DNA of 32,000 nucleotides from Vulcanisaeta distributa DSM 14429 (lineage in GTDB: Archaea; Thermoproteota; Thermoprotei; Thermoproteales; Thermocladiaceae): positions 2,280,001-2,312,000 of the forward strand of contig NC_014537.1 of NCBI RefSeq assembly GCF_000148385.1. The letters are read 5' to 3'. Made by a program: the position numbers and the translations under genes. Every line of letters begins with the position of its first letter. Position 1 is the first letter of the stretch. The notes beneath the pieces were generated by a model, which was not told where the DNA came from, made no database searches, and saw only the letters and a list, made by a program, of their open reading frames with translations. Positions 8,238-16,092 of the stretch are shown here, piece after piece.

Positions 8238-10220
8238 ATGCCTAGGTCTGTGATTACGATATGTCCATACTGTGGCGTTGGGTGTGGTATTGAGGTGACT
8301 ATTGATGATGCCGGGAGAATAATTGGGTTTGAGGGTTTTAAAGGTCACCCGGTTTCTCATGGGCATCTATGTGGTAAGGGCGCTTCATCGATAAAGCTCC
8401 TTGACACAACCGATAGGTTGTTATACCCAATGAAGAGGGTTAATGGCGAGTTTGTTAGGGTATCGTGGAGCGAGGCCATTAGTGAGATAGTCCATAAGAT
8501 GAAGGAGATTAAGGAGAAGTACGGTCCAGAGGCCCTGGCCTTTTACGGCGGTTGTAGAAACACGCTTGAGGAGGTTTACCTATTCCAGAAATTGGCTAGG
8601 GCGCTCGGTACTAATAACGTGGATTCATGTGCGAGGCTTTGCCATGATCCGTCAGCCAAGGCATTAAAGGATATGCTTGGCTACGGCGGTAGCGCAAACT
8701 CGGTCAATGAGATACCCAAGGCAAAGGTCGTTGTGATAACTGGCGAATCAATAACGGATAGCCACCCGGTGCTTTCCCAATACTTAATTGAAGCTAAGAG
8801 AAATGGTACTAAGATAGTAGTCATAGACCCCAGGACAACCGCAACAGCAAAGATGGCAGACCTACACCTCAAGCCAATACCCTCCACGGAGGTTTACCTA
8901 TTCAATGCAGTGGCCAATTACCTAATCAATAACGAGCTCATTGATAGGGACTTCATAGTTAATAGGACCGAGAACTTCGAGGAATACGTTAAGGTGGTTA
9001 GTAAGTATTCAATTGATGATGCAGAGAAAATCACGGGCGTGCCCAGGGACTTAATACTTAAGTTCGCTCAATTAATAGCCACGAAGCCCGTATTATTCAC
9101 GTGGGGCCTCGGCATGTCAGAGTCGTCAGGTGTCGACGGCATTAAGTCTTACATAGCCCTCGCCTTATTAACGGGCAACATGGGTATTGAGGGTGGCGGT
9201 GTCATTGTCTATAGGGGCCAGACGAATGTGCAGGGCTCCGGCGACTTCCTGAAGCCAGACGTATTCCCAGGTGGCCTACCTATTAATGAGGAGAACGCCA
9301 AAAAACTCGCCGAGGTGTGGGGATTCATGCCACCGACTAAGCCAGGCCTATCGCTAATAGACGCGGTGTATAACGAGAACAGCGGTATTAGGGGCATGTA
9401 CCTAATGGGCTTTAACATAGTGGCCTCACTACCCAATAGACGTAGGGTTGAGGAGTTCTTAAGCAACCTAGACCTATTGGTGGTTCAGGACATAGCCATG
9501 AGCGAAACTGCGGAGTTCGCCCACTACGTCCTACCAGCGGCGCTCTGGATTGAGAGAGAAGGCTCCGTACTAAGCCTAGATAGATTAGTCAAGTGGAGAC
9601 ATAAGGTTAGGGACCCGCCTGGCGAGGCTAGGCCTGACTATGAAATAATATTCGAGTTAGCCAACGCCTTCGGCCTTAAGGGATTTAGTAACGACCCGAA
9701 GGCCGTGTTCAATGAAATGCGTCAGGTGGTGCCTATAATGAGGAGTGTGACGCTTGAGGATGTCATGGACCCAACGAAGGATTCGAGAATACCGGAGAAT
9801 ACGCCGCACCTATACTCCGAGAGGTTTCTGACACCGAGTGGCAAGGCGAGGTTCTTCGGTGTTGAGTATAGACCAGTAAATACTGGCGGTAAGAAATTCA
9901 TACTGGTTACTGGTAGGAGCGTACTTAGGTATAACACGGATAATGAGATTAGGAGGATTAGTGGCAAATTCGAGACAAGCATTACCATAAATCCTGAAGA
10001 CGCAAAGGCACTGGGTATACGCAACGGCCAATTGGTAAAGCTGGTATCCAACTGCGGTGAAGGTACCTTCAGGGCATTGATAAGCAATGATGTACCCAGG
10101 GGAGTGGTCTTCGCGTACATGCATGATTCAAGGATAAATTACGTGGTTTGCACAGAGTTTGATCCCTACGTGAAGACGCCGAGGTATAAGGTAACGCCTG
10201 TGGACATATTACCAGTTTAA
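8238..10220 (+). CDS. Molybdopterin oxidoreductase: formate dehydrogenase catalytic subunit, FdhF/FDH-H-like, cysteine type, cytoplasmic
   Basis: 660 aa. The N-terminal 4Fe-4S motif is ICPYCGVGCGIEV...GHLCGKG. The active-site block GTNNVDSCARLCHDPS corresponds to the E. coli FdhF block ...NNVD.CARV-U-HGPS from memory, with Cys (TGC) in place of Sec, followed by His. A C-terminal molybdopterin-dinucleotide-binding barrel is present (ITINPEDAKALGIRNGQLVKLVS...RGVVFAYMH). There is no twin-arginine signal. Confidence 0.85.
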   Translation: MPRSVITICPYCGVGCGIEVTIDDAGRIIGFEGFKGHPVSHGHLCGKGASSIKLLDTTDRLLYPMKRVNGEFVRVSWSEAISEIVHKMKEIKEKYGPEALAFYGGCRNTLEEVYLFQKLARALGTNNVDSCARLCHDPSAKALKDMLGYGGSANSVNEIPKAKVVVITGESITDSHPVLSQYLIEAKRNGTKIVVIDPRTTATAKMADLHLKPIPSTEVYLFNAVANYLINNELIDRDFIVNRTENFEEYVKVVSKYSIDDAEKITGVPRDLILKFAQLIATKPVLFTWGLGMSESSGVDGIKSYIALALLTGNMGIEGGGVIVYRGQTNVQGSGDFLKPDVFPGGLPINEENAKKLAEVWGFMPPTKPGLSLIDAVYNENSGIRGMYLMGFNIVASLPNRRRVEEFLSNLDLLVVQDIAMSETAEFAHYVLPAALWIEREGSVLSLDRLVKWRHKVRDPPGEARPDYEIIFELANAFGLKGFSNDPKAVFNEMRQVVPIMRSVTLEDVMDPTKDSRIPENTPHLYSERFLTPSGKARFFGVEYRPVNTGGKKFILVTGRSVLRYNTDNEIRRISGKFETSITINPEDAKALGIRNGQLVKLVSNCGEGTFRALISNDVPRGVVFAYMHDSRINYVVCTEFDPYVKTPRYKVTPVDILPV

Positions 10221-10334
10221 TGAAATTATGAATGGCTGAGAATGCTATGGGCATTCGTCAGTGAGGATAAAGACTTTGATAAGGTAAGTGCGATAAAGAG
10301 GATGTGGCTTCAGACATGTATGAATTATAATGAA

Positions 10335-10697
10335 TTATTGAGTTATGTTTAGTAGTATCCTGAAGAGCTTTGTATCCGATTCTGAGGGTTGGCGAGTTAT
10401 TATTACGTACTTAAGCCTCGACAGTGCGTACTCACTGAGTAAGCCGAACCCATCCATAGATATGCAGAGTACCCTATTACCGGCGGCAAGTAGGTAATCA
10501 ACCTCGGTCTTATCCTTAATACTCCTCAGTAATACCGTGGTAACGCCATCCACATGCCTTAGTACATCATCAACCTGCTTAGTAAGCAATAATGCGCACT
10601 CGCCAGGTCCTAAATCAATGAGTACCTTATTGAGATCCGCGTAAGTGTTTATCCTAATGATCCTAACCATATCATTAATAACCCATGAACCCAGCAT
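10335..10697 (-). CDS. Hypothetical protein (120 aa)
   Basis: This clean ORF (MLGSWVINDMVRIIRINTYADLNKVLIDLGPGECALLLTKQVDD...) has an alternating strand/helix-like pattern suggesting a small alpha/beta domain. An A/T box (rc CTTAGTTATTTTG, 10714-10726) lies about 23 nt upstream of the ATG. I recognised no family. Confidence 0.5.
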   Translation of the reverse strand: MLGSWVINDMVRIIRINTYADLNKVLIDLGPGECALLLTKQVDDVLRHVDGVTTVLLRSIKDKTEVDYLLAAGNRVLCISMDGFGLLSEYALSRLKYVIITRQPSESDTKLFRILLNITQ

Positions 10698-10763
10698 TTA
10701 ACACCCAATTACTCAAAATAACTAAGCCTAATAACCCACTACACATCACGGTCCCGAAATACC

Positions 10764-10769
10764 TTTAAA
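10764..10769 (+). promoter_or_regulatory. TATA-like box (CCTTTAAAG core TTTAAA) for a leaderless transcript starting near 10791
   Basis: The core is centred about 25-27 nt upstream of the ATG at 10791. The same spacing recurs at many genes in this window. Confidence 0.45.
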
Positions 10770-10790
10770 GCCCCGATGGGTCTTTCCTAC

Positions 10791-10919
10791 ATGGATTATA
10801 AGGCGAGATTGCGTGAGGCGAGTAAGGAGATAATTAAAAGGAAGGTCACATCGGATGACGAGCTTAAGAAAATTGCCGATAAATATAACCTACCTTTATT
10901 AACGGCTAAGACACAGTAA
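10791..10919 (+). CDS. Small ORF (42 aa) at the head of the FDH-relic transcript; real product uncertain
   Basis: My own read gives MDYKARLREASKEIIKRKVTSDDELKKIADKYNLPLLTAKTQ*, which looks helical. It is below the track's size cutoff. Its ATG sits at leaderless distance from the TATA box. Its last 17 nt overlap the reopened FDH-homologous frame, which is the +1 frame. Confidence 0.3.
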   Translation: MDYKARLREASKEIIKRKVTSDDELKKIADKYNLPLLTAKTQ

Positions 10920-11742
10920 GGCAGTCGCCGAGGCGTTAAGTAGGTTAGAGTTCCTAATGGTTCAGGACATATTCCTGACAGAGACCGTTGAGTATGCCGA
11001 TGTTGTATTGCCAGCGGCCTCGGCGGCCCTTGAGGATTACGGCACATTCACAAATACGGAGAGGAGGTTGCAATTAACAAGGAAGGTAGTTGATCCACCA
11101 GGCGATGCGAAACCTGATTGGTGGGTCTTTACTGAGTTGGCTAGGAGACTCGGTTATGACATGGGCTTTAGGAGTAGTTCCGACATAATGAGGGATATCG
11201 CGAGGGTAGCGCCGATATTTGGCAGTTTAAGCCATGAGAGGCTTGAGCGTGAGGGTGGGCTTCAATGGCCAGTGCCGAGTGAGTCCAGTCCAGGTACTCC
11301 AATACTGTATTCCGGTGGATTTCCAAGGGGTAGGGCCAGGTTTAGGGTGGTTGGTTGGAGGGGCTTTGATGTGGTTATGGCGAGGCTTTACCCATACTCA
11401 TTAATCATTGGTAGGGAGAGGGCTCAGTACCACACCGCGACTATGACATCGAGGTCACCGATACTTAAGGTGATTTGGAGGGGGCCCGTTGTTGAGGTGA
11501 ATCCTGAGGATATGAGGGCTGAGGGTGTTGAGGATGGTGAGGTCATCAAATTAGTCTCGCCAGCTGGTGAGGTGCTTGCCAGGGTTAGGGCTTCGAGAAG
11601 GGTTCCAAGGGGCATATTATTCACCACATTCCACTACCCAGAGCTCCTGGCAAATGCCTTGGTGCCTGCCGTGCTTAGTCCAATTACGAAGACGCCGGCG
11701 TATAAGGATACGAGGGTTCGTATTGAGAAGGTTAAGGCATGA
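10903..11742 (+). pseudogene. 5'-truncated formate dehydrogenase alpha-subunit paralogue (only the C-terminal ~280 codons: end of domain III plus the molybdopterin-dinucleotide-binding domain)
   Basis: Track ORF 10957..11742 reads MVQDIFLTETVEYADVVLPAASAALEDYGTFTNTERR...DPPGDAKPDWW...VEVNPEDMRAEGVEDGEVIKLVS...TPAYKDTRVRIEKV. It aligns to residues ~400-660 of the 8238..10220 enzyme (LLVVQDIAMSETAEFAHYVLPAAL...DPPGEARPDY...). Homology continues upstream of the ATG (KAVAEALSRLEFL vs RRVEEFLSNLDLL) to the in-frame TAA at 10900-10902. The FeS domain and the Mo-ligand (Cys/Sec-His) domain are absent. Confidence 0.75.
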
Positions 11743-11843
11743 TCATTAAGGCTGAAAATTTCCCAGCACTTAATGTCTTGGTTTAATGTAAATATTAACG
11801 GCTCAGGAATTTTTATGAGTTAATGCCGTGAAGCGGCGTTTAG

Positions 11844-12833
11844 TCATGCCGTGTATGAGTAGTTTACTAGGTCCTTGAGTGTTATTAGTCCAGGCCTTGC
11901 ATTGAGGACCCTCGGAATTAGGTTGACGATTACTGCAGCTGTAGCGGGGTCCCCAGGCGTTCCAGTGCTTCTCCACATGATCGACGGCTCACCCTCAAGC
12001 CTAACCTCCTCAAAGTCCTCACAACCAACGCAGGCCCTCAGCTCAACCCTAATAACCTCCCTACCATTGATGAAGCCACTCCCGTGACCGACAACGCCCT
12101 TAACCTGCCCAGGTTCAACCTTGAAGTACTGCGTCTCGTAACTCCTCTCCGCAATTATTGCCTCTTGACCCTCCTCAACCCTATCCAGCCTGAGACCAAT
12201 AATGCTAGCCAATAGCAGTACTGACTCCGCGAAGCCTACGTGTGCCGTTATCTCACCTCTACCTAATGCCTCAGTGAATTGAGTTGGTGTCATGCCAAGA
12301 CCAATCTTCTTCTGGAAGGAGTACCTCCTCCTTGACGCATCCAAGGATCTAGTAACGGTGATTTTATCGAGTCTTGTCAACGTCACCGAAAGCACGGCAG
12401 GTAATGCATCAAATACGAAGCCTGGATTAACGCCAGCCCCAAGCACAGTCACCTCATGATTTCTCGCATAGTTATCGATGAGCTCCGCGAGGTCTGGGTA
12501 CCTATACCAGGGCCACGCCAATGTCTCGCACGTCGATATTACATCAGCACCAGCCCTAATCGCCTTCATTATCTGTGGGTAAACCTTATCAAAGAAACTA
12601 CCCGTTGAGTGAAGGACTATGTCGGGCTTTGTATTCCTGAGGACCTTATCGGCATCATCCTCGACTCTAATACCCAGGGTTTTACCAAGTCCGATAACCT
12701 CACCAAGGTCCTTACCAACCTTCTGCGGGTCAATATCAATCGCGCCAACCACATCAAGTCCCCTATTAAACGCAACCCTAGCTATCAACTGACCAATGGG
12801 ACCCACACCATAAACCACAACCCTAGTGGTCAT
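11844..12833 (-). CDS. NAD(P)-dependent DapB-like oxidoreductase of the 2,4-diaminopentanoate dehydrogenase / amine dehydrogenase family
   Basis: An N-terminal Rossmann motif is present (VVVYGVGPIGQLIARVA). Family-typical blocks are VLGAGVNPGFVFDALP and HVGFAESV, and the C-terminus reads GDPATAAVIVNLIP. I set the start at the ATG at 12833 (MTTRVVVYG). The track's extension (MSHAIIIMIIIIKCRF...) translates the A/T-rich promoter. Confidence 0.75.
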   Translation of the reverse strand: MTTRVVVYGVGPIGQLIARVAFNRGLDVVGAIDIDPQKVGKDLGEVIGLGKTLGIRVEDDADKVLRNTKPDIVLHSTGSFFDKVYPQIMKAIRAGADVISTCETLAWPWYRYPDLAELIDNYARNHEVTVLGAGVNPGFVFDALPAVLSVTLTRLDKITVTRSLDASRRRYSFQKKIGLGMTPTQFTEALGRGEITAHVGFAESVLLLASIIGLRLDRVEEGQEAIIAERSYETQYFKVEPGQVKGVVGHGSGFINGREVIRVELRACVGCEDFEEVRLEGEPSIMWRSTGTPGDPATAAVIVNLIPRVLNARPGLITLKDLVNYSYTA

Positions 12834-12854
12834 TATTACTGAAGTGAATCTACA

Positions 12855-12864
12855 TTTTATAATA
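12855..12864 (-). promoter_or_regulatory. TATA box (minus-strand TATTATAAAA) of the DapB-like oxidoreductase gene
   Basis: It is centred about 26-27 nt upstream of the ATG at 12833. Confidence 0.45.
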
Positions 12865-13133
12865 ATTATCATTATTATAATTGCATGGCTCATCCCTCAA
12901 TCAGCGCTTGGAACCCCTCATCCTAAGTCAGCACAGGTAATAGATGCAGCTTGCCTTAAAGTCTTTCTAGGTATCATAATCACGATGCTTTATCGCGTTA
13001 ATTCCATATTAATTGTCGTGGGAAATACAATTATTAATATACAGGTACAGCATATTCTATATACCTGTCTTTGTAATTACCTATGTAGAAAGAGCATTAT
13101 AAATACTGATTTTCGCGTTATTTACGGTTATGA

Positions 13134-13144
13134 TTATTTATTAA
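13134..13144 (+). promoter_or_regulatory. TATA box (TTATTTATTAA) of cren7
   Basis: It is centred about 30 nt upstream of the ATG at 13169. Confidence 0.45.
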
Positions 13145-13168
13145 GGATAGAATAACTACTAAAGCACG

Positions 13169-13351
13169 ATGGCGGAATTATCAAGTTACATGGAGAAGGA
13201 ATACGAGGTTGAGTGTGACGGTCAAATAGTGAAGCTAAAGCCGGTTAAAGTATGGATGTTGGCGCCGAAGGGTAGGAGGGGTGTGATAATAGGGCTCTTT
13301 AAATGCCCTGGCGGTAAGGTGGTTAGGAAGGCCATTGGTAAGGCTGAATAA
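13169..13351 (+). CDS. creN7: Chromatin protein Cren7
   Basis: 60 aa. The block [29 protein letters not shown] matches the Sulfolobus Cren7 core [28 protein letters not shown] as I recall it. The size (60 aa) and basic character also fit. Confidence 0.85.
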   Translation: MAELSSYMEKEYEVECDGQIVKLKPVKVWMLAPKGRRGVIIGLFKCPGGKVVRKAIGKAE

Positions 13352-13375
13352 CTTGCTAAGGCCTGTAAGAATATC

Positions 13376-13384
13376 TTTTTAAAA
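13376..13384 (+). promoter_or_regulatory. T5 tract (possible cren7 terminator) merged with the TTTTTAAAA box (TATA of the next gene)
   Basis: CTTTTTAAAATG lies 25 nt after the cren7 stop. It is centred about 27 nt upstream of the ATG at 13407. Confidence 0.35.
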
Positions 13385-13406
13385 TGTAATAATTTTCAAA
13401 ATTAAA

Positions 13407-13925
13407 ATGCGTAATTACGATGTCATTGAAGTATTAACTGAGGAGTATAAGTCGCGGTTTGTAAGGGTGATGCAACAGATTTGTAGATGTAAGGGTGAGT
13501 ATGAAAGGAATAGAGGGTTAATTGAAATCCTGAGTATTAGCGATAGAGTTATGGAATGCATTAGGCAGAGGAAGCCCTGTGATTTAGGGTTCATTAAGGT
13601 TAGGGTAGTTAAAAAATTTCTTAATACCCAGGTAATTATCATACTTAATGGTGAGGAAATGACTGTGGAATCCTTCAATAAGTTGATTGCATCAGCCAAA
13701 TTCTTCAAGGAGTGGTATGATAATGATTGCTCAATGGACTCATACATGCAGCCATTAATAGGCGCCGATCATTATGACATGATTAAAGAATTTCTCATGA
13801 AGAACCTTGAGGAGTTGCGGTATGTATGCGACAATAAGATACCAAACCTTAACTTAGGTGATTTACCTATTTACGTATCTAATGGTATCATCAAGGCAAT
13901 AAACGATCTAGTTAAGAAAACTTAA
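13407..13925 (+). CDS. Hypothetical protein (172 aa), orphan
   Basis: This clean ORF has a correctly spaced TATA box. It contains scattered Cys pairs (ICRCKGEY; MECIRQRKPCDL). I recognised no family motif. Confidence 0.5.
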   Translation: MRNYDVIEVLTEEYKSRFVRVMQQICRCKGEYERNRGLIEILSISDRVMECIRQRKPCDLGFIKVRVVKKFLNTQVIIILNGEEMTVESFNKLIASAKFFKEWYDNDCSMDSYMQPLIGADHYDMIKEFLMKNLEELRYVCDNKIPNLNLGDLPIYVSNGIIKAINDLVKKT

Positions 13926-13951
13926 GAATTCACTAACCAATGACTTAATGA

Positions 13952-14629
13952 ATGATGCGGGAACCATTCACGCTTAAATTGAGTGGGCACCTATTCGATA
14001 ATGAGGATTTACTACCCAAGTATGTGGATTTAATTCGTGAATTTTGGGGCAACGGCTATAAAATGGCTGTGGTGACTGGTGGTGGGTCCTTAGCGCGTAG
14101 GTACATAGAGATTGGCAGGAAGATGGGTATAAACGAGTCCCTGCTAGATATGCTCGGTATATCGGCTAGCCGCTTAAATGCTCAGCTACTGGCTGCGGCA
14201 CTCAGCGATATTGCTTACCTACCAATACCCACTAATATTGATGAGGTTTTTAGGGCTTGGTCAACGGGTAGGTTAGTAATTACGGGTGGTTTCCAACCTG
14301 GTCAGTCAACGGCCACCGTGGCACTGCTTGTGAGTGAATCGCTAGGTATTAAGAGGTTGATCGATTGCGCAAACATTGATGCGGTCTATACGAGTGATCC
14401 AAGGGTAGACCCCAATGCAAAGAGGCTCGATAGGGTGAGTATTAATGAGTTAATGGCTATGCTTAGGTCTAGGACGATAGCGGGTACTTATGATTTACTC
14501 GACCCATGGGCATTAAGCATAGCCCAGAGGAGTGGTATTACGATTTACGTGGTTGGTTGCGGTAAGCTGAGCTCATTGAGGAGACTCATTACTGAGGGTG
14601 TTAGTGATGGTACTATTATCACACCATGA
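13952..14629 (+). CDS. pyrH: Uridylate (UMP) kinase, archaeal type
   Basis: Motifs present: LKLSGHLF, VVTGGGSLARRYIEIG, ITGGFQPGQSTATVA, and DAVYTSDPRVDPNAKRL (amino-acid kinase fold). Confidence 0.9.
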   Translation: MMREPFTLKLSGHLFDNEDLLPKYVDLIREFWGNGYKMAVVTGGGSLARRYIEIGRKMGINESLLDMLGISASRLNAQLLAAALSDIAYLPIPTNIDEVFRAWSTGRLVITGGFQPGQSTATVALLVSESLGIKRLIDCANIDAVYTSDPRVDPNAKRLDRVSINELMAMLRSRTIAGTYDLLDPWALSIAQRSGITIYVVGCGKLSSLRRLITEGVSDGTIITP

Positions 14630-15184
14630 AAAAATAGGTCTAACAACGCTATTTATGACCTGCCCAATACTACCCGTAAATTCACCCAGCAGCTTTTCCA
14701 CTAATTCCTTATAATTAATAATTAATTCCCTCGTGTCATAACCAGCCTTGGCATACATGCATGCCCTAATTAATGTTGCTAATTTATCCGAGAGATTCAC
14801 AATTCTACCCTCAATGCTTAATCCATGCCTATATTCACGGAAGTAGGTACGCAGCTCCTCAGGAAATTGAAGCTCATCAAACAACCTAACCTCAATATCC
14901 TTCCAATTACTGAGCATTGAACGAACGCTATTACCTACATTACCCGTTAGAGCCTCGTGGGCATCATGAATGAGCGCCATCGACGCGCACTTATCGGCAT
15001 TAATTGTATTATCGACCCTCCGCACACTATTACAAAGGATTAATGCCAGATAGCTAGTAAGTAATACGTGAGCACCAACACTCTCAGCAATAGCCTGTGG
15101 AACTCCTCGCTGTATCCAACCAATCCTTGGCGTATTAAGTATCGTATTCGCGATATTAACTACATCTATTAATGATGACACCAT
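14573..15184 (-). CDS. HD-domain phosphohydrolase, YfbR-like 5'-deoxynucleotidase family
   Basis: Motifs present: PRIGWIQRGVPQAIAESVGAHVL (R.GW...ESVAEH pattern) and ALIHDAHEALTGNV (HD...E..GD-like). Its 3' end overlaps the pyrH 3' end by 57 nt (convergent). Confidence 0.8.
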   Translation of the reverse strand: MVSSLIDVVNIANTILNTPRIGWIQRGVPQAIAESVGAHVLLTSYLALILCNSVRRVDNTINADKCASMALIHDAHEALTGNVGNSVRSMLSNWKDIEVRLFDELQFPEELRTYFREYRHGLSIEGRIVNLSDKLATLIRACMYAKAGYDTRELIINYKELVEKLLGEFTGSIGQVINSVVRPIFSWCDNSTITNTLSNESPQ

Positions 15185-15245
15185 GAAACCGATAAGGACC
15201 CACTTAAAAGGTTTTTAGCACAATTCCATACGCCATAATTAAGTA

Positions 15246-16076
15246 ATGCTGCCCGACATAGATGTGGTGACCAGGGATGATTTAATGAGCCTAATAATGA
15301 GAAATAGGTTAAAGCCAATAAAGAGATTGAGCCAGCACTTCGTCGTCGACCCAACGATCATAAGAGATATTGTTAATCACATACCCCGTGGCTCTAAAGT
15401 TCTTGAGGTGGGTACGGGAATCGGAATACTAACGTACTACTTAGCCAGGGTGGCTTCCCAGGTAATTACCATAGAGATTGATGGGAGGCTCGTGAGGATT
15501 GCCGAGCATGTATTAAGCGGCTTAAACAACGTATCTATAATTCAAGGTGATGCCCTAAGAGTTCCGTGGCCCCAGGTCGATGCCCTTGTTTCTAATGTGC
15601 CGTATTCAATAACGTCACCGTTAATCATGAGGATTATTAAGGAGGGTGTTCCAAGGGCTTTGTTGACGATACAACGTGAGGTCGCTAATAGGCTTACTGG
15701 TGAACCTGGTAGTGATGATTATGGTAGATTAAGTGTAATTACTCAATGTAATTATTCCGTGAGTATCTTAAATACATACGCACCTGATTCCTTCTACCCA
15801 AGCCCCGAGGTTTACTCATCATTGATAATGATGAGTAAGAAGGAGCCTTGTTACGACGATATGGACGCCCTAGAATCAGTGACGAAACTCCTCTTTAGGC
15901 ACAGAAATAGGGTGCTTAGGTGGGTCCTCAATAAGTACCTTGGTCCAAGCGCTGTGAATGCCGTGGTTAACGCAGGTATTGACGTGAGCGCCCGTGTTAG
16001 GCAGTTGGGAATTAATGAGCTGATTAAAATAACAGGTTCCTTAAAGCCCTTCATTAATGATATTAGAAGCCATTAA
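15246..16076 (+). CDS. rsmA: 16S rRNA (adenine1518/1519-N6)-dimethyltransferase (KsgA/RsmA/Dim1)
   Basis: Motifs present: LSQHFVVDPTIIRDIV, the SAM-binding VLEVGTGIGILT, IEIDGRLV, GDAL, and VSNVPYSITSPL. Confidence 0.9.
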   Translation: MLPDIDVVTRDDLMSLIMRNRLKPIKRLSQHFVVDPTIIRDIVNHIPRGSKVLEVGTGIGILTYYLARVASQVITIEIDGRLVRIAEHVLSGLNNVSIIQGDALRVPWPQVDALVSNVPYSITSPLIMRIIKEGVPRALLTIQREVANRLTGEPGSDDYGRLSVITQCNYSVSILNTYAPDSFYPSPEVYSSLIMMSKKEPCYDDMDALESVTKLLFRHRNRVLRWVLNKYLGPSAVNAVVNAGIDVSARVRQLGINELIKITGSLKPFINDIRSH

Positions 16077-16092
16077 CAACCTAGGTTTATTA

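Noticed and set aside
10791-10919. Interpreting the 42-aa ORF as a remnant of a NuoE/FdsG-like (2Fe-2S) subunit, based on ...ELKKIADKYNLPLL... resembling the ...IA..LGLP... segment of that family.
   Set aside because: The similarity is limited to a few residues and is equally compatible with a generic helix-turn-helix. No Cys ligands are present. I left it as an unassigned small ORF.
10796-11047. An 83-aa minus-strand ORF across the FDH-relic junction, plus 10069..10254 (minus) and 15169..15354 (minus).
   Set aside because: There is no promoter spacing and the composition is arbitrary. They overlap better-supported features on the other strand.
12826-13155. A 109-aa ORF (MVIITEVNLHFIIIIIIIIAWL...) filling the long cren7 upstream region.
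   Set aside because: It starts inside the neighbouring gene's promoter. The poly-Ile run is just the translation of ATAATAATTATCATTATTATAATT. The composition and lack of a promoter argue against a real gene. I treat the region as non-coding (see the finding on 12834-13168).
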